Shown here one piece after another: positions 9,196 to 17,599 of a DNA stretch of 64,000 nucleotides. This DNA comes from an uncultured virus (IMG/VR IMGVR_UViG_3300005600_000030) (Duplodnaviria > Heunggongvirae > Uroviricota > Caudoviricetes), in the IMG/VR virus record IMGVR_UViG_3300005600_000030, positions 1 to 64,000 of that record; one strand, written 5' to 3'. Each line of letters opens with the position of its first letter. Position 1 is the stretch's first letter. A program made the position numbers and the translations under genes. The notes under the pieces were generated by a model. That model ran no database searches, was not told the DNA's origin, and was given only the letters and a program-made list of their open reading frames with translations.

Positions 9196-10160
9196 TATAG
9201 TGCCTCCGCAAATTCAATTGCTTTAGAAACCGCAAGTTGTTTACGGTTTTGGTTCGCACCAAACCATGCAGAGGTCATACGTGAATCTGCTTCACGACCC
9301 ATCTCGTGGTCGGTCAGGTAGGTCACTGAGTTAAGTGCCTGCCACCATGAACCACGTGCGAACTCTGCACCCGGCTGAGTCTCCAACACATCAAATGCCT
9401 TCTGACCATTAGTGGTCAAGTCAGCATACGTTTTGACCTGTGGTGGATTCTTACCTTGGTAAGTACGTGGGAATACTTCATTGTAGTACTGAATCAAGTT
9501 TTCCATCTTGAACTGTTTACCCGCAAGGAATTGCGACAGTTCTTTGTACTGTTCGAACTTCTCATGAGCAAGACCAAGAGTAGTCTTAACGTGATTCGCA
9601 TCAAACGCACGGCGGTGGTTAATTTTCGCACCATTGATTGCACGACCCTTCAGTGCATATGCAAGAGTGTTCATGCATGATACACGGATCGGGGTGAAAC
9701 GGATGTCGATTGACTTACCGTATTCGTGTGGGTTAGAGAACAACAAGTATGAATCAACTTGGTCACCCTTGAGAACATCAAAAGACTCATTGACCTTGGC
9801 AAGTGCCCAGACCATCTTACCGCCTTTCAGAGAACCCGCAGTGTCCATCTGCATACCACCTTCCATGCAGTACTCATTGAAGAACTCAAACGCAGTCTCG
9901 TTCTGACAAGGTTCCCAGTTACCACCAACTTGGGTGAGAACTTTATTGTCCGAAGAACGAACAAGAGCTTCCATACCAGTAGGGATCTTGTCACCGTTAT
10001 AGTCGGCATAGGTAGGAACCTTTTCTACCGACCAGTCACAACCTGCCTTCTCCATCATTTGACGTGGAGTCAGGTCACCAGAAACAATCTCACCGATACC
10101 CCAAGGAGAAGAACCTACAGACGCAGTGGTTTCGATTTGTAAAATGTCATTCATACTCAT
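9195..10160 (-). CDS. DUF932-family protein
   Basis: DW.VEK.P, QNE.AF.F, TAGSL.GG.VW.LA, TPIRV.C.NTL and W.A.N.VT.Y.DH motifs. Confidence 0.85.
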   Translation of the reverse strand: MSMNDILQIETTASVGSSPWGIGEIVSGDLTPRQMMEKAGCDWSVEKVPTYADYNGDKIPTGMEALVRSSDNKVLTQVGGNWEPCQNETAFEFFNEYCMEGGMQMDTAGSLKGGKMVWALAKVNESFDVLKGDQVDSYLLFSNPHEYGKSIDIRFTPIRVSCMNTLAYALKGRAINGAKINHRRAFDANHVKTTLGLAHEKFEQYKELSQFLAGKQFKMENLIQYYNEVFPRTYQGKNPPQVKTYADLTTNGQKAFDVLETQPGAEFARGSWWQALNSVTYLTDHEMGREADSRMTSAWFGANQNRKQLAVSKAIEFAEAL

Positions 10161-10205
10161 AATATATACTCTCTATTTAAAAGGTTAACTCAATTCAACA
10201 AGGAC

Positions 10206-10234
10206 ATTATCTCATATTCAGAACAAGTTGGCAA
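10206..10234 (-). promoter_or_regulatory. Sigma70-type early promoter, repeated class (variant)
   Basis: TTGCCA-ACTTGTTCTGAATATGA(17)-GATAAT. Confidence 0.75.
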
Positions 10235-10252
10235 CACTTTTTTTCAAAATAA

Positions 10253-10477
10253 TTATAAAACTTTCATCAATAAATCAACAGACCGGATGAAGTCACTTTT
10301 CAACTCCATAGTCGAAGTCAGTGCATCAACTTCTTGTTCGGTCTTGATATCTTCTATCAGTTCTGCGGCTTCATCCTTCGATAACTGACCGTCCTGTACC
10401 ATCTCAACGATAGCGTCTAAACGTTCTGCATATGGTTCAAGGTCTGTACCCGCGAATTTTACTGTAAAGTTTTCCAT
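10253..10477 (-). CDS. Small acidic helical protein
   Basis: Coupled to the upstream lipoprotein (TAATG junction). Confidence 0.65.
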   Translation of the reverse strand: MENFTVKFAGTDLEPYAERLDAIVEMVQDGQLSKDEAAELIEDIKTEQEVDALTSTMELKSDFIRSVDLLMKVL

Positions 10478-10851
10478 TAGAATCTCCCTAATACTGCACT
10501 GGCAATATCACCAGTTTGTTTGACTAAACTCTCTTTCTTGATTCTACAATAAGTTGGATTGATTACTTGTTTCGCAGACAATCCCTCTACTGTTTTACCT
10601 ACAAGTCCGGTGAGTTCGACTATATCACGCGACTTCTTATATGTCGCATATGTTTCTAGGTATGCAAGTTTATATGCAATCTTCCTAATCTGAGGTTTCA
10701 CGAACTGACTATCACAGTCCAACTCTTGAACCGCAAACGCAACATCGACCGCAGCCTTCGCCTCGTTATCATCCCAAAAACTCGTGTTCATTATTTGTGA
10801 ACATCCCGAAATACTGAACAACATCAAAGTTGTTATAACTACTTTCTTCAT
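10477..10851 (-). CDS. Lipoprotein
   Basis: MKK + hydrophobic core + ISG-C lipobox; two further Cys. Confidence 0.7.
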   Translation of the reverse strand: MKKVVITTLMLFSISGCSQIMNTSFWDDNEAKAAVDVAFAVQELDCDSQFVKPQIRKIAYKLAYLETYATYKKSRDIVELTGLVGKTVEGLSAKQVINPTYCRIKKESLVKQTGDIASAVLGRF

Positions 10852-11024
10852 CTATATTTCCTCGTTAGTGTACGTGATATTATATAGTGTGTTTGTAGTA
10901 TGAAGTAAAATGAACATGGGATTGTTAGGAGTGCATAGAAACCGGCAGTCCCTTCAGTTATCCTTAAATGGAATGCGAATGTCAATATCGCGATAGATAT
11001 CAAATATAACAATGTCTGTTTCAT
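10848..11024 (-). CDS. Small membrane protein
   Basis: Two hydrophobic segments; likely start MKQTLL after GGAGG. Confidence 0.55.
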   Translation of the reverse strand: MKQTLLYLISIAILTFAFHLRITEGTAGFYALLTIPCSFYFILQTHYIISRTLTRKYR

Positions 11025-11434
11025 TTTACCTCCATATCGAATGGGAAACAATCAAGGAACAATTCACGTTCGAGACGATAGGCTTCCTTTTCCCATGGTT
11101 GATTCATATAATCGTAACCGTCTGCCTTACGACCCTTCCATGCAAACCCACCTTCCGAGGTCAACTGACCACGAAGAAACTGTCGTGCATGAACCATCTC
11201 GTGAGCAAGTGCTTGCATCTGACGCATGAAGGTCTGACCTTTGGTACCGATTTCAATCTCAGCGTAGTCACGGTCACCGATACACAGACCTTGTGCGTAA
11301 CCGTCTAAAGTTCCTTTGAATTTGATATGGACGAGACGTTGGAGACGATTAATCTTCAACGCACGAAAAAGATTATCGACATATTTCTCGACAACCTTCT
11401 TGTTTTTATGACGACCTTCAATAACTACAAACAT
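11021..11434 (-). CDS. Zincin-like metallopeptidase
   Basis: LAHEMVHARQ (HExxH) and downstream PWEKEA. Confidence 0.75.
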   Translation of the reverse strand: MFVVIEGRHKNKKVVEKYVDNLFRALKINRLQRLVHIKFKGTLDGYAQGLCIGDRDYAEIEIGTKGQTFMRQMQALAHEMVHARQFLRGQLTSEGGFAWKGRKADGYDYMNQPWEKEAYRLERELFLDCFPFDMEVK

Positions 11435-11661
11435 TATTTAATCTCCTCAAAACCTTTGGCTTCTAGAATATAACGAACACGTTCACGATCAACGCTGTCA
11501 CCACCGCCCCAATGACCGGCAATATCCATGCATTTCACTGCATACTCAATAATTGCATTCTGGATATCAGGGATACCACAACCGAGGTCGTAGATACCCT
11601 CTTTACCGTAGAAACTATGGACATAATCACGGAAGTCATTTAACGCAGTAGGAAAATTCAT
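11434..11661 (-). CDS. Hypothetical early protein
   Basis: Likely start MNFPT after GAGAG; FYG..GIY..GDSVDRE.VR pattern. Confidence 0.65.
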   Translation of the reverse strand: MNFPTALNDFRDYVHSFYGKEGIYDLGCGIPDIQNAIIEYAVKCMDIAGHWGGGDSVDRERVRYILEAKGFEEIK

Positions 11662-11692
11662 AATACATACTCTCTCAATCAATTAGGTAACT

Positions 11693-11721
11693 ATTATCTC
11701 ATAATGATAACAAGAATGCAA
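11693..11721 (-). promoter_or_regulatory. Sigma70-type early promoter, repeated class
   Basis: TTGCAT-TCTTGTTATCATTATGA(17)-GATAAT. Confidence 0.75.
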
Positions 11722-11754
11722 GACTTATTTCACTTATTTTCACTTATTTTTAGA

Positions 11755-11991
11755 TCATTTTGTTATATCAAGGTAGGTTCTTATCTCTTTTTTGGATAAC
11801 TTGCGGAACTTCCTGCGAGTCACAGCCCAAGTCTTCAGGGGTGTACTGAACTCGATTATCTCGGTCGTACCACGTTTGACATACCCTATCAACTGAGAAC
11901 CTCGGGTAATGTAGGTATGGTTCGGAGTCTTATGGTCACCCCAGTCAGTCAGTTCTTCTCTCCACAGAGAGGTTAATAGTCGTTCACTCAT
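11755..11991 (-). CDS. Hypothetical early protein
   Basis: GGAAGGAG RBS; E.T.W...PNH.Y..RRKF pattern. Confidence 0.65.
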   Translation of the reverse strand: MSERLLTSLWREELTDWGDHKTPNHTYITRGSQLIGYVKRGTTEIIEFSTPLKTWAVTRRKFRKLSKKEIRTYLDITK

Positions 11992-12012
11992 TGTCCGCTC
12001 CTTCCTACAGTT
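11987..12012. repeat. 26-bp direct repeat, copy 1 (RBS + ATG cassette)
   Basis: ctcattgtccgctccttcctacagtt, identical at 12668-12693. Confidence 0.9.
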
Positions 12013-12331
12013 CCCTGTTCGATATGCACTGTTCGAAGGTACGGAAGGTTCGTTGGAACTTCACTTCGTACAGTTCCTTCATACCGAGTAGGAGGTTCAT
12101 AAGCTTATCGGTATGTTTCGCACTCATGTCAGCAAAGAACTCACTATCCCCAATATACTCATAGATATCATTAATGTCCGTGGTAATATCCCAACATTCC
12201 ATGAGTTCCTGTTCTAGGTCAAACCTGTCCTTTGGGTTCAGAGGTTTCGTTTCAAATTCGGATGCAGTCTGTTCTAGACGCAACTTTATTCTTTTATACT
12301 CTTCATAACACTCATCAGTTACTATTGTCAT
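12005..12331 (-). CDS. Hypothetical protein
   Basis: DRFDLEQELMECW pattern; GGAG RBS. Confidence 0.65.
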   Translation of the reverse strand: MTIVTDECYEEYKRIKLRLEQTASEFETKPLNPKDRFDLEQELMECWDITTDINDIYEYIGDSEFFADMSAKHTDKLMNLLLGMKELYEVKFQRTFRTFEQCISNREL

Positions 12332-12672
12332 TTGTATTTTACTCCTGTCCAGTTAGTGTCTTCGTCCATCAAGGTTATTTGTCCCTCGAATGTCTCGTTC
12401 TCTTTCAGTTGATTGTATATACCTGCATTGTTCATACGCAAGCCATAACTACCTTTATAACAACGATACACACTGCCACTGTATCCGTGAAATAATAGGT
12501 AGCCACCGTCTTCAGTGACTTCGGAGATACCTGAGTTCATTCGCCAACTGTCACCATCGACATAACCACCACTCCATCCACCGAGAACTTTGTAGTAGAA
12601 CCCGCTGTCAAGTTTACCCTCTTTAATTTTCAACACGACCCAGTTGTCTGGTTTATATTCCCACATTCTCAT
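12328..12672 (-). CDS. Conserved phage hypothetical protein
   Basis: Y.PDNW, GGWSGGY..GDSWRMNSGI, G.SGS.Y.C; start re-assigned to ATG 12672 after GGAAGGAG. Confidence 0.75.
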   Translation of the reverse strand: MRMWEYKPDNWVVLKIKEGKLDSGFYYKVLGGWSGGYVDGDSWRMNSGISEVTEDGGYLLFHGYSGSVYRCYKGSYGLRMNNAGIYNQLKENETFEGQITLMDEDTNWTGVKYK

Positions 12673-12693
12673 TGTCCGCTCCTTCCTACAGTT
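12668..12693. repeat. 26-bp direct repeat, copy 2
   Basis: Identical to 11987-12012. Confidence 0.9.
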
Positions 12694-12887
12694 TTCTTTT
12701 CGTAGATTGCTGTGATATTCGCACCCATTTGCGGGCATACCAATATAATGTCAGGCAATCCACTATCATCGCGTTCACCACCTTCACCACATATAAAGAA
12801 TGAACCACTCTTGTCAGGTTGTGTATGGAACCAAATCTTTGTCAGTTTTTTGAAGAGATCGTATTCTTCATCTGTGATTTGTTTCAT
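12669..12887 (-). CDS. Hypothetical protein
   Basis: FFICGEGG.....LP..I.VCP..G pattern. Confidence 0.65.
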   Translation of the reverse strand: MKQITDEEYDLFKKLTKIWFHTQPDKSGSFFICGEGGERDDSGLPDIILVCPQMGANITAIYEKKTVGRSGQ

Positions 12888-12907
12888 TGTTGCTCACTCT
12901 CCTATGA

Positions 12908-13198
12908 TTACCTACGCATATTGGCGTGGTCTTTCGCCTCTTGCGCATCAATGATAGGTACCGCATTAGACTTGTGCATCGTACTGATACCTTTGACCAA
13001 CGTACCCGTGTAGATCATTTTTTCTTTCTTTTCGGTACTACCAGTACCACTATCTAGAGATTTATAAACCGGAGTCTCACGTCTGTAAGGTTGTTCTGGT
13101 GTATAGTCTTTGAACTCATACTCACGTTTTTTGGTCGTCCATGCATTGTACTTCTTCTTACGTCCATTTGCATAGTGTCGCATACTACCGTGAATCAT
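12908..13198 (-). CDS. Conserved T4-like phage hypothetical protein
   Basis: YTG...KGI.TMHKSNAVP ... MRR C-terminus. Confidence 0.7.
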   Translation of the reverse strand: MIHGSMRHYANGRKKKYNAWTTKKREYEFKDYTPEQPYRRETPVYKSLDSGTGSTEKKEKMIYTGTLVKGISTMHKSNAVPIIDAQEAKDHANMRR

Positions 13199-13417
13199 AA
13201 ACCGCCACCGTAGTAATCCAGTACCAGACCAAACGCCTCGATATATTCATTCAGGTAAACAACATCAGCCTTGGGGTCATTATCAAATATAGCCATACCT
13301 TCACCCTTTTCTCTGCGTTCCAGATCCTTCCTGAAGGTTTCGAGGTGCCATTTCAATTCACTGACCATTATCGCGTCAACCTGTTCGTGTTCCATTTCAA
13401 TCGTTACTTTAGACACA
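13195..13417 (-). CDS. Hypothetical protein
   Basis: Likely GTG start after GGAG. Confidence 0.55.
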
Positions 13418-13759
13418 TTGTTCTCCATTAGATAAATTTTTAACATTAAGGGTTTTCATTCCGTTGTATGACAGAAAGATCGGGTTCTCCCATTCTTCGC
13501 ACGGAATCTTCTCATCATCGTTAATGAAATCGTAAGAGATAATGTACTCCATAGAGTAGTCATCTTTGTCTTCAATCGAAGACGTGAGGGTGGTGGGAAT
13601 ACCATACTTGAGAATACTAATGAATTGATCCTCTGTGATATTCTCTACAACATATGTGTCACCACCTTTGGACTTCCAGTGCTGAGGACATTCGCCCTGA
13701 CCGTCCCAATCATGGGCACCATAGTTTTCACGGAACTGAGTTTCGATAATAAGTTTCAT
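13409..13759 (-). CDS. Conserved phage hypothetical protein
   Basis: TQ..ENYGAHDWDG.GECPQ.WK.KGG pattern. Confidence 0.7.
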   Translation of the reverse strand: MKLIIETQFRENYGAHDWDGQGECPQHWKSKGGDTYVVENITEDQFISILKYGIPTTLTSSIEDKDDYSMEYIISYDFINDDEKIPCEEWENPIFLSYNGMKTLNVKNLSNGEQCV

Positions 13760-13897
13760 TTAGTTCTCCATCTCATTAATTTTTGCAATAATCTCATTGT
13801 AGATTCTTTCGAACTCTTCTTCATTGAAACGTTCTTTAGTTTCACAATGAACCATCAAGTCATTCCAGTGGTAAGTAATCTGTTCTTCTCTATTCAT
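13760..13897 (-). CDS. Small early protein (45 aa)
   Basis: Start re-assigned to MNREEQ (13897), because the longer ORF runs through the promoter. Confidence 0.55.
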   Translation of the reverse strand: MNREEQITYHWNDLMVHCETKERFNEEEFERIYNEIIAKINEMEN

Positions 13898-13925
13898 AAT
13901 ATCTCTCAACTCAATCAACAAAGGT

Positions 13926-14016
13926 ATTATCTCATAATCATAACAAGAAGTCAACACCTTCTTTAGAACATTTTGTCATAAGAACCGAAGTCTTTATAAC
14001 TCCCCTACCTTACAGT
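13926..14016 (-). repeat. 91-bp promoter/stem-loop cassette, copy 1
   Basis: Near-identical (4 mismatches) to 14196-14286; contains a C(UUCG)G hairpin, an A-tract and TTGACT-17-GATAAT. Confidence 0.9.
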
Positions 14017-14164
14017 ACTCTTCGGTCAGACGTTTTACCTCTAGGGTGGTGACCCCGTTAGGATTAGATGAAGCGGGAACGTCCCGCACGATAACGGTAG
14101 AACCTACCGCCATACCAATTGTTGATGGATAGTTTTGGGTAACACATTCAAAAGATAAAGTCAT
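13994..14164 (-). CDS. Small early protein (56 aa, MTLSFECVTQNYP...YCKVGEL), not in the ORF track
   Basis: GAGAGGTG RBS, ATG 14164, TAA 13994; immediately downstream of a promoter. Confidence 0.65.
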   Translation of the reverse strand: MTLSFECVTQNYPSTIGMAVGSTVIVRDVPASSNPNGVTTLEVKRLTEEYCKVGEL

Positions 14165-14195
14165 AACAAACACCTCTCAACTCAATTAGGTAACC

Positions 14196-14286
14196 ATTAT
14201 CTCATAATCATAACAAGAAGTCAACACCTTCTTTAGAACATTTTTTCATAAGAACCGAAGTCTTAATAACTCCAGTACCTTACAGT
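14196..14286 (-). repeat. 91-bp promoter/stem-loop cassette, copy 2
   Basis: Offset by 270 bp from copy 1. Confidence 0.9.
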
Positions 14287-14580
14287 CTTTTTCTTACGTG
14301 GTTTGAAACCAAGGGTTTTCATTGCATCCAGTGGAGTAGTATTTCCAGACAACTGAATATAGTCTTCAATATTTACATTTTTCACTAGGAAGTTGACCCA
14401 AGATTTCCAAGGTTTAGAACCGTACTTGAATCGTGCAATGAAAGTACGTTCTGGCTTACCGTGCCAAGATGGGTGACAGTTCGGAGATACTTCTTCCATA
14501 GTACGTGAACCTTCGAACTCACCTTGATACATAAGGTACATACCGTCCCAAGTGAAGTTCTCTTTAACAAATGCAGTCAT
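14263..14580 (-). CDS. Hypothetical early protein
   Basis: F.WDGMYL.Y ... FIARFKY pattern; has its own promoter. Confidence 0.7.
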   Translation of the reverse strand: MTAFVKENFTWDGMYLMYQGEFEGSRTMEEVSPNCHPSWHGKPERTFIARFKYGSKPWKSWVNFLVKNVNIEDYIQLSGNTTPLDAMKTLGFKPRKKKTVRYWSY

Positions 14581-14611
14581 AATTTATACTCTCTCAATCA
14601 ATTAGGTAACC

Positions 14612-14640
14612 ATTATCTCATAATCATAACAAGAAGTCAA
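14612..14640 (-). promoter_or_regulatory. Sigma70-type early promoter, repeated class
   Basis: TTGACT-TCTTGTTATGATTATGA-GATAAT. Confidence 0.8.
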
Positions 14641-14735
14641 CACTTATCAGCTGATTCTTTTAGACTTTTTTAACACTTTTATGGGGTTTGATATAACGGA
14701 AAGGTATAATCACCCTCCCCGACTGGATAAGGCTT

Positions 14736-14764
14736 AGTATACCACAGTAAGGGGAGAATGTCAA
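14736..14764 (-). promoter_or_regulatory. Near-consensus sigma70 promoter with extended -10 and no adjacent CDS
   Basis: TTGACA-TTCTCCCCTTACTGTGG(17)-TATACT with an A-rich UP-like tract. Confidence 0.7.
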
Positions 14765-14845
14765 GGGGGTTTTTTTAGATTATTTTATTATAAGGAAAGG
14801 AGCAGTTTGGGGACATACTCAGGTCACGATCCCAAGGTAGGGGGA

Positions 14846-15391
14846 TTAGGTATCCGAGAGGGGATTGTCTAGTGCTTTCTGTAGGGTGTCTCGGAGGTCT
14901 TTATCTAGTTTTTCCATCTTCATTTCAATACGGTCTTCGGCCTTCCTTATCGAGTCCCGAACATCTTTCTCGGTCTCTCTACTCAGGTCTGAAACTTCTC
15001 GGAGTCTTTCATCGATATCGTCTTGGATATCCTTGACACGATTGCTAGAACGTTCTGCGACCTGTTCTACGCGAATGATGTCGTCTCGTAGAGAGTTCTT
15101 GATGTCACGGGTATAGTCGATTGCATCGTCCAGTTTACGTTCGATTGAAACATTACGTGCCTCGACCGCTTCGATATCCATTGCATCGAGTTTCTCGGAC
15201 ATCTCTTGGAATGCCTTGTAGGTTTCGAATCCGCCGTACAATGTACCAAGGATAGAACCGACCAATGCAAACGCACCCATGATAGTTGCAGGTGTCATCT
15301 TGATACCCGCAATACGAAACTCTTTGTGTTGAAGGTTCTCAAGACCTTCTTCTAAATTCTCGGTGATTTCACCTAAATCTTTATCTGACAT
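14846..15391 (-). CDS. Single-pass membrane coiled-coil protein
   Basis: One TM (IMGAFALVGSILGTLYGG), long coiled coil, C-terminal ALDNPL. Confidence 0.75.
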   Translation of the reverse strand: MSDKDLGEITENLEEGLENLQHKEFRIAGIKMTPATIMGAFALVGSILGTLYGGFETYKAFQEMSEKLDAMDIEAVEARNVSIERKLDDAIDYTRDIKNSLRDDIIRVEQVAERSSNRVKDIQDDIDERLREVSDLSRETEKDVRDSIRKAEDRIEMKMEKLDKDLRDTLQKALDNPLSDT

Positions 15392-15819
15392 TAGTTGTCA
15401 TCCTCATCTTCGAACTTCAATCTACGCAGGTTTGTAATCTCTTGTTGTAATTTCAAGACTTCTAGTCTTCGTCTTTCCAATTCCAACTTGAACAGTGCAT
15501 TACAGTCCATACGTTGTTTGGGTGCACCAATTGGTATAGTAATTCGTGCATATACGCCAACGTCTTTAACATAGTCATCGTTCATTCTATTGGGGTCAAA
15601 CTGTATATTAGCATATGGGTCGTTTTGATTAAGAACACCCACTACCCCAAACTCAACATTGGTAGACGAACCAATTGCTTGTCTACAGTCCATATCACCC
15701 GCCCTAAACTGGTCGGATGCATAACTCTGTGGTGATGTCGGTATGTTTAAATTAAGAGAACTGTTGTCTGCTCTCGCAACCCAACTAACCATTATTAACA
15801 TCAATATAAAATATTTCAC
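15391..15819 (-). CDS. Exported protein with two amphipathic beta-strands, a Cys pair and a C-terminal coiled coil
   Basis: Signal peptide ending ARA; TNVEFGVVG / VGVYARITIPIG strands; GTG start at 15819 overlapping the upstream TAG. Confidence 0.7.
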   Translation of the reverse strand: MKYFILMLIMVSWVARADNSSLNLNIPTSPQSYASDQFRAGDMDCRQAIGSSTNVEFGVVGVLNQNDPYANIQFDPNRMNDDYVKDVGVYARITIPIGAPKQRMDCNALFKLELERRRLEVLKLQQEITNLRRLKFEDEDDN

Positions 15820-16196
15820 TAACCTTTCACCTTGGAACATATCCTAGAGGAAAGTACTGTGGCCTTCTCGTCATTAGAAAGAATCTTAGACCGACTACAA
15901 ATATACACCGCTTTCTCTACGTCTTGTTCACGTATATACACATTAATAGTTTTTCGTTGTAGGTAGTTCACCTGCACAATTTTACTTTCAGTAGCAAATT
16001 TAACTGAATTCCAGTCCTTATCCCACACCGATATTTGATAATAACGAATACCCTTTCGACCATTGAATATATTCATCTTGGTCGTCAAAATTCCTTCCAC
16101 ATATGATGGTCGGAGTTCCGGATAAGTTGGAGTCCACTCATGCGCGAGAGAACTCCAACTAATCATAAGGATACTTATAATCATAACAAAACGCAT
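15819..16196 (-). CDS. Exported protein resembling a single-domain fimbrial (PapD-N-like) chaperone
   Basis: Signal peptide ending SLA; P-containing first strand, 'MNIFN', alternating beta-strands, YIC..S..SRICS. Confidence 0.5.
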   Translation of the reverse strand: MRFVMIISILMISWSSLAHEWTPTYPELRPSYVEGILTTKMNIFNGRKGIRYYQISVWDKDWNSVKFATESKIVQVNYLQRKTINVYIREQDVEKAVYICSRSKILSNDEKATVLSSRICSKVKG

Positions 16197-16199
16197 AGA

Positions 16200-16703
16200 T
16201 TACTTCGCTATACATTCCGCAAGGATTATAGAACGGTACGTACCGCCAGGAAATGACTTACCAAAACCGTACTCTGCAACAGAACTTACCTTGAACCATG
16301 CAGAACCTGAAATTGTCAAGTCATACTCTGTAACATTGTTCCACTGAACTTTGTTAGTTTCAAAGTCAGACATGTTCGCATCTGACACGTCAGTAAGTTC
16401 AACATCACCAGTCCAGTTTACCACATCATTCAAGTTGGGAGATGTAGTAAAACTGTCAGGCCAAGATACTTGCGCCTTGTACGAGTCCGCTTCGATTATA
16501 TCATAACGGATGATTGGTAACACACCACCGTCCTGTGGATCTGTACTTAATCTATCTGAAGTAGGGTTACCGTAGACGCCAGGAGTGTCTGTAGTGATAA
16601 CACACTTAGATTCAATATTACCTGTAATCGGTACGTCAACAGCGGCAGTTGCAACCGCAGAACCCGTACAGAATACATATAGCATAAACATTTTCTTGAA
16701 CAT
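16200..16703 (-). CDS. Exported fimbrial-subunit-like protein
   Basis: Signal peptide; ITGNIESKC.I N-terminal strand; C-terminal PGGTYRSIILAEC. Confidence 0.55.
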   Translation of the reverse strand: MFKKMFMLYVFCTGSAVATAAVDVPITGNIESKCVITTDTPGVYGNPTSDRLSTDPQDGGVLPIIRYDIIEADSYKAQVSWPDSFTTSPNLNDVVNWTGDVELTDVSDANMSDFETNKVQWNNVTEYDLTISGSAWFKVSSVAEYGFGKSFPGGTYRSIILAECIAK

Positions 16704-17599
16704 TATTGTTCCCCTTTATTATTGTTGTTTTTAACATACTGTTGTTCAACCATCTGCTCATGCAAAAGTTGTTGCATCAATCCTACTCGCCTTCCCGACT
16801 TATTGTCCGGTAAGTTTTTATCCTTCAATGCAAATGGTTCTTCATATGAACCACCATCAATTGAAGCATTAACGTATGTCGAAGGTATGATACTCAACGC
16901 CATAAGTTGTGTATGTTTTTCTTGTGCACCCTCGGTAAGTAATTCCGAGTTTACTGCACCAAGTGTAATCTCTAGACGTTCACGTTTCTTCTGTAGAACC
17001 GCCTTTTTTCTATCTCTTTCTTTTTCTTCTTCTTCGTCTTTATCGACTTTCTTATTTTCTTCATTTTCCTGTATGAATCTATCTTCCTGTTCATACAGTG
17101 CATTCAAATCCACTTCGGGTATATCCGGAATAGGTTGTACATAATTGGGACAAGAAGGGTCACTCTGAGGGTCAAAACATGGGTCATACCTATAATCGTA
17201 TGTGACCAGTGCATCCTCTACCGTACCTTCACCCTCTACTTCTATCGAACCATCACCCCAACGGTCAATCAACACATTAGGTTGAGGTAACAACTTTCGT
17301 ATTGTCCTGCCTGGTTTCTGAGACCAGTCATCCACTTCTCGAAATATATACTGTCCTTCGTTACGTGCATCCTCGTTCTGAACATAAACGACCATATCAC
17401 TATTAGGGTCTTTCACTGCGGTATATTGATAAAAGATACCCGTCACTTCCAGTCCCGCCTGTTGAGGCAGGATATTTTGCATTACCCAATTATAACCTAT
17501 ATCCGCAGCGTTACCTGTGGTACCGTTAACAGTCTCAGAGTAAGAGTAAGAGGAGTAACAAACTAGCAACACTAGCGCCACCCACAAGAGTCTTTTCAT
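16703..17599 (-). CDS. Exported protein: beta-domain + CxxPxxDPSCP + charged linker + helical tail
   Basis: Signal peptide; PCFDPQSDPSCPNY; EK-rich linker. Confidence 0.7.
   Translation of the reverse strand: MKRLLWVALVLLVCYSSYSYSETVNGTTGNAADIGYNWVMQNILPQQAGLEVTGIFYQYTAVKDPNSDMVVYVQNEDARNEGQYIFREVDDWSQKPGRTIRKLLPQPNVLIDRWGDGSIEVEGEGTVEDALVTYDYRYDPCFDPQSDPSCPNYVQPIPDIPEVDLNALYEQEDRFIQENEENKKVDKDEEEEKERDRKKAVLQKKRERLEITLGAVNSELLTEGAQEKHTQLMALSIIPSTYVNASIDGGSYEEPFALKDKNLPDNKSGRRVGLMQQLLHEQMVEQQYVKNNNNKGEQ

Noticed and set aside
13926..14640. Possible CRISPR-like array (repeats plus a Cas4-like nuclease at 4378)
   Set aside because: Repeats are promoters separated by 270-416 bp of coding sequence; Cas4-like exonucleases are common stand-alone phage genes
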